Positions 25,627 through 32,000 of a DNA stretch of 32,000 nucleotides are shown one piece after another. Source of the stretch: Candidatus Electronema halotolerans. Its GTDB lineage: Bacteria > Desulfobacterota > Desulfobulbia > Desulfobulbales > Desulfobulbaceae. The notes below the pieces were generated by a model. That model was not told the DNA's origin. It saw nothing but the letters and a program-made list of their open reading frames with translations, and searched no databases. The stretch is from contig OW818675.1 of NCBI GenBank assembly GCA_942493095.1, forward strand, positions 2,520,001 through 2,552,000, in the 5' to 3' direction. Made by a program: the position numbers and the translations under genes. The stretch's first letter is position 1. Each line of letters starts with the position of its first letter.

Positions 25627-26676
25627 ATGACCCCAGTCAGATACATTGATCTTTTTGCCGGGGTCGGCGGCTTCCGCTACGCTGTGCAGACGGCGGCGGA
25701 AGAAGCGGGCCTTGCAGCCGAATGCGTTTTCAGCAGCGAGATTGACAAGGAATGCCAGCGGGTTTACCAAGAGAATTTTGCTGAGATGTCGCATGGCGAC
25801 ATAACTGCAATTCCGGCAGCATCGATTCCTGAACATGACCTGCTGTTAGCAGGATTTCCCTGCCAGCCATTCAGCATCATCGGCCAGCGAAAGGGATTTC
25901 AAGATGCCAGAGGCACGCTTTTCTTTGAGATCGCAAGAATATTGGAGGCAAAGAAGCCAGCTGCCTTTGTTCTGGAAAATGTCAAGCTGCTGGCCGGACA
26001 CAACAATGGAGAGACCTTAAAGATAATTCTGGATATTTTGCAGGAATTAGGGTATCACAGCGGCTATAAAATTCTAAATGCCTTGAATTTTGGCCTGCCG
26101 CAGAAACGAGAGCGGATTTTTATTGTCGGTTTCCGCGATTCCTGTTCATTTAACTGGCCTGTTGAGAAAATCCCAATGCAGCCACTCAAGGAAATTTTGG
26201 AGAAAAATGTTGCAGCAAGTTATTTTGCCTCTGATCATATCAGGAAAAAGCGACTGAGCCAAAAGCAGCCTTCAATAGAGCCGACCATCTGGCATGAGAA
26301 CAAATCCGGCAACATAAGCGCATATCCATTTTCCTGCGCCTTGCGGGCCGGAGCTTCATATAATTATTTATTAGTCAACGGAGAACGGCGGCTGACAGCG
26401 AGAGAAATGTTTCGTCTGCAAGGATTTCCAGAGGAATTCAAAATTATTTCCAGTTATGCGCAGGCACGAAAGCAGGCAGGAAACAGCTTACCTGTGCCTG
26501 TTGCCAAGGCAGTGATCAGGAATGTGCTTGAGGCTTGCGGGTGGATTACTGAACATGCAAACAGAACTGCTGTCCGCCAGCTTAATTTATTTGCAAGAAG
26601 AAATTACGATGAAATCGCCAAGACTGCGGACGGTGGAAAAATATCACCCGCCCTATCCGCTCAACAAATTTCCTGA
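25627..26676 (+). CDS. DNA (cytosine-5)-methyltransferase, HhaI-like core architecture
   Basis: Motif I DLFAGVGGF, motif IV GFPCQPFS, motif VI ENV, motif VIII QKRERIFIVGF, motif X GNSLPVP. From my memory of M.HhaI, the conserved blocks track it closely while the target-recognition region differs. Confidence 0.93.
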   Translation: MTPVRYIDLFAGVGGFRYAVQTAAEEAGLAAECVFSSEIDKECQRVYQENFAEMSHGDITAIPAASIPEHDLLLAGFPCQPFSIIGQRKGFQDARGTLFFEIARILEAKKPAAFVLENVKLLAGHNNGETLKIILDILQELGYHSGYKILNALNFGLPQKRERIFIVGFRDSCSFNWPVEKIPMQPLKEILEKNVAASYFASDHIRKKRLSQKQPSIEPTIWHENKSGNISAYPFSCALRAGASYNYLLVNGERRLTAREMFRLQGFPEEFKIISSYAQARKQAGNSLPVPVAKAVIRNVLEACGWITEHANRTAVRQLNLFARRNYDEIAKTADGGKISPALSAQQIS

Positions 26677-27343
26677 AAAATTTGCCGTCAATTTAGGTCG
26701 GGAGGTGGTGTATCTGCTTGCCAGCAGAGGAAAAGCCGCTCGCTTGGAAGGACAGGACTGGGAGGAAATTTTTGCCCGGCTGATTGGTGCGGAATGGAAG
26801 CCTTCCAATGTCGGCCTTGACGATATTGTCTTGGAGCAAACCGCTTGGGGAGCCAAAACTATTAAAAATTCCAAGCCTTCCACAGTTGCAAAAGTTCGTT
26901 TGATATCTGGCCGCAATTCTCCTGTTTACTCATTCGGCGATAAAGAAATCAGTGCCTGCGAGCCAAATGAACTGGGCGAAAAAATTCTTGCCATCTGGAA
27001 TGAACGAGTGGCGGGGATTCGCAAGATGTATCGACATGTCCGCACAGTGGTGCTGATCAAGTCCAACGATCTGCTTGAACTTGCTGCCTTTGAGTTTGAC
27101 ACGGTCATGTATCCTGCTGATCAGTATTGGTGGCAATGGAATGAACGCAACAATCTTGAAGGGTATGCCAAGGCTGATAATCAGCATATTTTCACGTGGC
27201 AGCCGCATGGCTCTCAGTTCACCATTATTGAAAATGTCCCTGAAGAACGGCTGGCGGTCAAAATAAAAGCACCGCTGCTGCTTGACCGCGATGAAGTGTT
27301 GCAGTCGATCAAATTTGATCCATCTTGGATAACCATCTTATAG
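26609..27343 (+). CDS. putative type II restriction endonuclease (partner of the m5C methyltransferase)
   Basis: 244-aa ORF overlapping the MTase 3' end by 68 nt, with the same low GC. It has a possible PD-(D/E)xK-like stretch GLDDIVLEQTAWGAKTIK. The assignment rests on position and composition; I do not recognise the family. Confidence 0.55.
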   Translation: MKSPRLRTVEKYHPPYPLNKFPEKFAVNLGREVVYLLASRGKAARLEGQDWEEIFARLIGAEWKPSNVGLDDIVLEQTAWGAKTIKNSKPSTVAKVRLISGRNSPVYSFGDKEISACEPNELGEKILAIWNERVAGIRKMYRHVRTVVLIKSNDLLELAAFEFDTVMYPADQYWWQWNERNNLEGYAKADNQHIFTWQPHGSQFTIIENVPEERLAVKIKAPLLLDRDEVLQSIKFDPSWITIL

Positions 27344-27357
27344 CGGTGGCATGTCAC

Positions 27358-27378
27358 GACCCGCACTCCGGCCCTGAT
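27358..27378. repeat. right copy of the perfect 21-bp direct repeat GACCCGCACTCCGGCCCTGAT
   Basis: Read directly. It lies in the 52-bp spacer between the endonuclease stop (27343) and the DUF362 start (27396). Confidence 0.95.
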
Positions 27379-27395
27379 ATCCTATTCAGATCGTC

Positions 27396-28637
27396 ATGAT
27401 TGAGAAAAAATATCGAGCAGATATTCTGCAAAGCCGCTCGTTCGACGAACTGCGGGAAAAAATAGCCGCCGGGCTGGAAAGATACCGCGACCTGCTGCCT
27501 GCCGACCCCAGGGCCAGCATTCTGCTCAAGCCGAATCTGAACAGCAACATGAACGCTCTGACCGGCAACACCACAGACCTGCGCCTCATCGCCGCTGTGC
27601 TGCTCTTTCTCAAGCAGGCAGGCTATGAGAACATCACCATTGGCGAGGGCACCAACAGCGGCTTTTACCGCAGCGGCATCAGCGTGATCACCCGGCTGCG
27701 GGTCGATACGCTGGCCCGGCACTATGGAGTCAAGTGCATTGACCTCAACTATTCCCAGCCGGTGCCCATTCCTTTTGCTGACGGCGTGCAGGCTGGCATT
27801 GCCAAGGAATGCGCAGAGGCGGATTTCTTCATCAACATGCCCAAGCTGAAAACCCATTTTGAAGCAGGCATGACCGTCTGTCTGAAAAATTTGATCGGCT
27901 GCTTGGTTGGCCAAGAAAACAAGAAAAAGACCCATCTGGCCTTGGCAGACAATATTGTCAGCATCACGGAAAACTGCCGCCCGCATCTGCACATTGTTGA
28001 CGGGCTGATGGCAATGGAAGGTCTGGGGCCGACCAAAGGCACGCCAGTGCGGACAGACACAGTTTTCATTGGCACTGATCCCTATTTTCTCGACCTGCTT
28101 GCGGCCCGCTTCGCCTCCTGCGACATCGACACCATCGGCCCGCTGCAAGCCGCCCGGCGGCGGGGCTTGATCAGCGAAGAACTGCGGCGGCAGGCAGAGG
28201 CATTTCCGCTGCCTGTTTATGAACGGCCTTTTGCCCCGCCCAAGGCCGGGCCGCTCGCCTCTTTCATCCATCACCCCAAACGGCAGAAATACTTTCTCGC
28301 CATCCGCAACACCCGGTTCTTCAATTGGGCTTGCAGCACGGAATTGGTCGGCAAGCTCCTCTTCCTGACTGACCTGCGCCAAGATGTCTTTTTGGATGAG
28401 GAAATGGACTGCGAGGGCCTGAGCGTAGTTGTGGACAAATGCGACCGCTGCGGCAAGTGCGCGGCCTACTGTCCGCTCGGCCTGTCCCTGCCAGAAGATA
28501 TAACCAACAAGGCCTGCATCCGCTGCCTCTACTGCTTCTGCGTCTGTCCGCAGGAGGCAATCCAATTTCACGGCAAACTCGGCTTCATGGCCGAGCAGAT
28601 CAAGCAGTACGACGCGCTGATCCGCAAGTCGGCCTGA
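27396..28637 (+). CDS. DUF362 domain protein fused to a 2x[4Fe-4S] ferredoxin domain
   Basis: 413 aa. N-terminal DUF362-like region (LKPNLNSNMNALTGNTTD..., MPKLKTHFEAGMT). C-terminal CDRCGKCAAYCP and CIRCLYCFCVCP cluster motifs. Confidence 0.85.
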   Translation: MIEKKYRADILQSRSFDELREKIAAGLERYRDLLPADPRASILLKPNLNSNMNALTGNTTDLRLIAAVLLFLKQAGYENITIGEGTNSGFYRSGISVITRLRVDTLARHYGVKCIDLNYSQPVPIPFADGVQAGIAKECAEADFFINMPKLKTHFEAGMTVCLKNLIGCLVGQENKKKTHLALADNIVSITENCRPHLHIVDGLMAMEGLGPTKGTPVRTDTVFIGTDPYFLDLLAARFASCDIDTIGPLQAARRRGLISEELRRQAEAFPLPVYERPFAPPKAGPLASFIHHPKRQKYFLAIRNTRFFNWACSTELVGKLLFLTDLRQDVFLDEEMDCEGLSVVVDKCDRCGKCAAYCPLGLSLPEDITNKACIRCLYCFCVCPQEAIQFHGKLGFMAEQIKQYDALIRKSA

Positions 28638-28896
28638 CTGTTCTCTGTGCGCACTGCGGGCTGTTTCAGCGAGCCTTGTGCATGAACAAGCGACATTTTT
28701 TGGCAGCACCCCGCAGTCTTTCCGAACCCCTTCCAGCATTTTTCTCAACCAGCAATGCCGCCATGTTATGCTGATTCATTCTCATACAGGCACTTGCATT
28801 CCCGTTTGGCATGGCTTACACTTTTTCTTGAAGACTGCCTGCTGAAAATGCGCCTGTCGAAGAGTGGGCATCACTGCTTTTGTCAAAGGAGGAAAA

Positions 28897-29829
28897 ATGT
28901 TCCTGTTCACAAGGCATTTCGTGATCTTCCTATTCTCTTTTTCGCTCTTGTCCCAAGCGGCGGCCAGCATTGGGGCTGCCAAGGAAAAGGTCATCGCTTT
29001 TGCTCAGGACACGATGGCCAATGATTATCGCAAAGAGCAGGTTTACGAGGTGCGTGATGCGCTTGCCGAGCATCCAGAAATCAAATTTGTCTATTCGGAT
29101 GCCAAAGGTCAGACTTCTCTGCTTATTCGTCAAATAGAGAAATTCATTGCCGCAAAGGTGGATATACTTATTGTCGGGACCAATGATCCTGATGCTGTTG
29201 TGCCAGTTGTTGAAAAAGCGCATCAGCTTGGCATTGCAGTCATCATTTTAGACAGAGGCGTTCATGCCAACCAATACACGGTGTTCATCAATTCAGATAA
29301 CATTGAAATTGGGGCAATCGGGGCGGAATATATTGCTGCACAGCTCAATGGCAAAGGCGATGTCCTGCTTTTTGAAGGCCTGCCCAAGGCGGATGTGACC
29401 CAGCTGCGCACCAAGGGCTTTCTTGATGCAATCAGCAAATACAAAGCAATCAAGGTGATCCGGCGGACAGGAAATTATCTGCGCAAGGATGCGATCATTG
29501 AAATGGAGAAACTTATCGCCCAAGGGATTCATCTTGATGCGATTTTCTCAGAAAGTGACAGCATGTTGAGCGGAGTGCGTTCCGCTTTGAAGCGCCACAA
29601 TCTGGATCCGGCAAAAAGTATTATGGTTGGCTGTGATTACACCAGCGAGGCGCAGGAGGCGATCAAAAAAGGTGCTCAGACCGCATCAATTCTTTTTCCT
29701 TTGGGAGGACATAAAACTGCCGAGATTGCCCTCAAGATTCTTCGAGGGGAAGAGGTTCCGAAACATATTATTATTCCTGTCAAACTTGTGACCAAAGAGA
29801 ATGTCAACGAAGTCGCGCCTGTTTTTTAA
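28897..29829 (+). CDS. periplasmic sugar-binding-type (Peripla_BP_4-like) solute-binding protein
   Basis: Start at 28897 has an AGGAGG Shine-Dalgarno, followed by signal peptide MFLFTRHFVIFLFSFSLLSQAAA. It has ribose-binding-protein-like blocks (VDILIVGTNDPDAVVPVVEKA, IAVIILDRG). No ABC permease or ATPase genes are adjacent. Confidence 0.8.
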   Translation: MFLFTRHFVIFLFSFSLLSQAAASIGAAKEKVIAFAQDTMANDYRKEQVYEVRDALAEHPEIKFVYSDAKGQTSLLIRQIEKFIAAKVDILIVGTNDPDAVVPVVEKAHQLGIAVIILDRGVHANQYTVFINSDNIEIGAIGAEYIAAQLNGKGDVLLFEGLPKADVTQLRTKGFLDAISKYKAIKVIRRTGNYLRKDAIIEMEKLIAQGIHLDAIFSESDSMLSGVRSALKRHNLDPAKSIMVGCDYTSEAQEAIKKGAQTASILFPLGGHKTAEIALKILRGEEVPKHIIIPVKLVTKENVNEVAPVF

Positions 29830-29833
29830 CAGG

Positions 29834-32000
29834 ATGAAGAGCCTCAAATTAACAGGCAAGCTTTCGCTGCTCATCATCTTTGGCATTATTGTTTCAACAG
29901 GAGCTTTGGGATTCTATTTTGACTCTTTTCTGAAAACAAACTTTCTTGAAGATGCGACTAAACGAATATTGTATGGTTTTCAGCGGCTTGAATTTGACAC
30001 GGTTGCCATATCTCAGGAATTGCTGGAGGGGATTTCCTTCATCCAAACTGATGAGCATTTTTTAGCTTCCATTGATCTGATCAACAACTATCAGGATAAA
30101 GACAACTACAACGCTGTCCTGCTCGATGAAGAGAAAAAAATTATCAACAGGCAGCTGCTCACCCGGGTTAAACTCTCTTTAAATCACCGCATAGTGCTGT
30201 ATGACAGAGATGAGGAGCTGGTCGCCTTTGTTGAACAGGAGCAAGATGGATATCGTCTTTATTTTGTTTCATACTCAGGTGGGCGGAAAACCTTGTGCAG
30301 CCGCCGTGAAGATCAGAAATTGTATGTCTGTGATCCTTTTCCTGCAACTCTGCCTGTTGATCTTCATCATCACTCCTATTACTCACATGCTTCGGCCAGG
30401 CAGGGCACGCTCACCTATCATATAGACAACGGGCATATCAGAATAAGTTCCCACTTGAGCATCTTTGATGATGCGGATGAGAATATATTGGCGCATATTG
30501 AGATGTCACATATTTTTCATGACGAATATTTCACAAACTTGTCTAAGGATATGGGACTTGTGATCAAAGGAAGCACGGACCGGAAAGACCATGTCAATGT
30601 GAATTTTCTATCGGCGACAACCAGTTTGGAGAATTTTTCCATTGCTGACGGGGAGGCATCCTGTTTCAGCACTGCAAAAATTGACACCTTGGACGGCGCT
30701 TTTTTCTACCATGTCGCGCTCAATAAAGAAAAGCTGCTCGTCTCATTAAAGAAGAACAGAGAACAGCTTTATATTATTGTCAGCATTGTTACTGCTCTGG
30801 TTCTGGTGCTGCTTCACTTTGTCTTTGCTAAAACCCTTGTCAAGCCGCTGGAACTGCTCATGGAGCAAATCCGCAAAATCGAAGCTCAGGATTACACACC
30901 ATCGACCTTGGCGCAAACTGGTGATGAACTGGAAACTATATCAAAAAACATCAACCAGTTGGCCAGCACCATCCAAGACCGCGAAGATGCCCTGCTGGCC
31001 TCGCAGAAAAACTTGGAGTATCTTTCGCATCATGATCCATTGACCGGTCTGCCCAACCGCCGTCTGTTCATGTCGCATTTGCAGCAGGCCCAAGGGCAGG
31101 AAGCCAGACTTGCGGTGCTCTTTCTGGACCTTGATGAATTCAAACAGATCAACGACACCTTGGGTCATGATGTCGGCGACCAGCTTCTTGTGGAAGTATC
31201 TTTGCGGCTGGCTGCGGTGATGCGTTCTTCAGGCATCTTGGCCCGCATCGGCGGGGATGAGTTCAATATTCTGCTGGAGCATGTTGCATCTGCTCATGAG
31301 GTCGAGGCGGCAGCTGAAGCGCTGCTGGCGGTGTTCAGGAAACCTTTTGCCTGCGCCGGACATGAGCTGAACACCAGTGTCAGCATTGGGGCGGCGTTCC
31401 ATCCTGATGACGGTGAAGATGCAGTCACCTTGATCAGACATGCCGACATGGCCATGTATCAGGCCAAGGCTACAGGCGGCAATGGCTGCTGCTTTTTCTC
31501 TGCTGACTTGGCAGCCCGGGTGCAGCAGCGCATCGACCGGATCAACGCCCTGAAAAGGGCACTGCTCCATCTTGATGAATTTCACCTGCTGCATCAGCCG
31601 AAAGTGTCCCTGCTGACCGGCAGGGTGGAAGGAATGGAGGCATTGATACGCTGGCAGAGTGCCAGCTTGGGCTTTATGCGGCCTGATCAGTTCATTCCGC
31701 TGGCGGAAGAGACCGGTTTGATCATTCCCTTGGGTGCATGGGTGGCGGAACAGGCCTTCAGAGATTTTCTGACCTTGCAAAAAGCAGGCTGTCCAATTCG
31801 CAAGGTCAGCATCAACCTTTCAGCTGTTCAACTCCTGAACAGCGATATCGTTGCCATGATTACAAAAGCTGTCAGCAGAACCGGCATCCTGCCGGAGCAG
31901 ATTGAACTGGAGATAACCGAAAGCTGCATTGCCATCAATGAGAAGAAAATTATTCAGACACTCAGGCAGCTCCGCAGCATGAAGATTGAGCTGGCCATAG
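29834..32000 (+). CDS. membrane sensor diguanylate cyclase/phosphodiesterase (extracytoplasmic domain-TM-HAMP-GGDEF-EAL), partial at the window end
   Basis: My own translation from ATG 29834, 4 nt after the PBP stop, stays open to 32000. TM1 LSLLIIFGIIVSTGALGF, then about 285 aa extracytoplasmic, then TM2 IIVSIVTALVLVLLHFVF and a HAMP domain. The GGDEF domain has DPLTGLPNRR and RIGGDEF; the EAL domain has EALIRW and ELEITES. It is absent from the ORF track because it lacks a stop. Confidence 0.9.
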   Translation, partial: MKSLKLTGKLSLLIIFGIIVSTGALGFYFDSFLKTNFLEDATKRILYGFQRLEFDTVAISQELLEGISFIQTDEHFLASIDLINNYQDKDNYNAVLLDEEKKIINRQLLTRVKLSLNHRIVLYDRDEELVAFVEQEQDGYRLYFVSYSGGRKTLCSRREDQKLYVCDPFPATLPVDLHHHSYYSHASARQGTLTYHIDNGHIRISSHLSIFDDADENILAHIEMSHIFHDEYFTNLSKDMGLVIKGSTDRKDHVNVNFLSATTSLENFSIADGEASCFSTAKIDTLDGAFFYHVALNKEKLLVSLKKNREQLYIIVSIVTALVLVLLHFVFAKTLVKPLELLMEQIRKIEAQDYTPSTLAQTGDELETISKNINQLASTIQDREDALLASQKNLEYLSHHDPLTGLPNRRLFMSHLQQAQGQEARLAVLFLDLDEFKQINDTLGHDVGDQLLVEVSLRLAAVMRSSGILARIGGDEFNILLEHVASAHEVEAAAEALLAVFRKPFACAGHELNTSVSIGAAFHPDDGEDAVTLIRHADMAMYQAKATGGNGCCFFSADLAARVQQRIDRINALKRALLHLDEFHLLHQPKVSLLTGRVEGMEALIRWQSASLGFMRPDQFIPLAEETGLIIPLGAWVAEQAFRDFLTLQKAGCPIRKVSINLSAVQLLNSDIVAMITKAVSRTGILPEQIELEITESCIAINEKKIIQTLRQLRSMKIELAI

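Larger units (their letters stand above)
25534..27378 (+). mobile_element. putative horizontally acquired R-M cassette delimited by the 21-bp direct repeats (no recombinase gene present)
   Basis: Direct repeats offset by 1845 bp. The M and R genes show lower GC (43% in lines 26041-26100 and 26821-26880) than the SNF2 gene (53% and 68% in two sampled lines). The first 79 bp (25534-25612, the end of the Trx gene) are host-like at 57% GC, so the true left boundary is uncertain. Confidence 0.45.

Noticed and set aside
20915-27343. Classifying the SNF2 helicase plus cytosine methyltransferase as DISARM or BREX
   Set aside because: The defining components are absent from the window. There is no DrmA, DrmB (DUF1998) or DrmC for DISARM, and no PglZ, BrxC or PglX for BREX. 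The MTase also pairs with its own small endonuclease and differs in GC from the helicase, which fits an independent type II R-M insertion.
28701-28715. Possible sigma54 promoter TGGCAGCACCCCGCA upstream of the binding-protein gene
   Set aside because: The GG and GC elements are spaced one nucleotide short of the canonical GG-N10-GC arrangement, and the -12 region lacks TTGC. A second look-alike, GGCACTTGCA near 28790, has the two elements directly abutting. Neither is credible.
27354-28748. 464-aa minus-strand ORF, longer than the plus-strand gene it overlaps
   Set aside because: It is an antisense shadow ORF typical of high-GC DNA. The plus-strand product has clear DUF362 blocks and two canonical 4Fe-4S CxxCxxCxxxCP motifs. 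The minus-strand translation is low-complexity (Ala/Gly/Arg/Gln-rich) with no motifs.

Overview
This is a chromosomal segment of a high-GC bacterium. Hand counts of sampled 60-nt lines give 53-68% GC in core genes. A bona fide DsrC with both C-terminal cysteines points to dissimilatory sulfur metabolism and fits Desulfobacterota, though the taxon cannot be proven from this window.

Most of the window is tightly packed housekeeping genes. On the minus strand: a DUF2868 protein plus DUF3482-type GTPase pair, a membrane metallophosphoesterase, yggU, yggT, a nitroreductase, era, an M20 peptidase, a DjlA-like J-protein, ftsY, lon, ypfJ, nadK, proC and dsrC. On the plus strand: a secreted rhodanese, tRNA-Met(CAT) and ppiD.

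Two compositionally foreign insertions stand out.
1. An AT-rich islet at 9208-10743 (sampled lines 22-43% GC) carries an orphan polytopic membrane protein and a HigB/HigA-like toxin-antitoxin pair.
2. A two-gene type II cytosine-5 restriction-modification cassette (sampled lines 43% GC) is bracketed by a perfect 21-bp direct repeat at 25513-25533 and 27358-27378.

The cassette sits inside a co-directional array. That array comprises a roughly 1390-aa SNF2 helicase with a roughly 930-aa uncharacterised N-terminal region, a translationally coupled CxxC thioredoxin-fold protein, and a DUF362-ferredoxin fusion. This array (20915-28637) is my best candidate for an undescribed system, but the repeat and GC evidence suggest the R-M genes are a later insertion rather than an original partner of the helicase.

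The window ends with a periplasmic binding protein coupled to a HAMP-GGDEF-EAL sensor that runs off the right edge. I saw no CRISPR array, integrase, transposase or rRNA.
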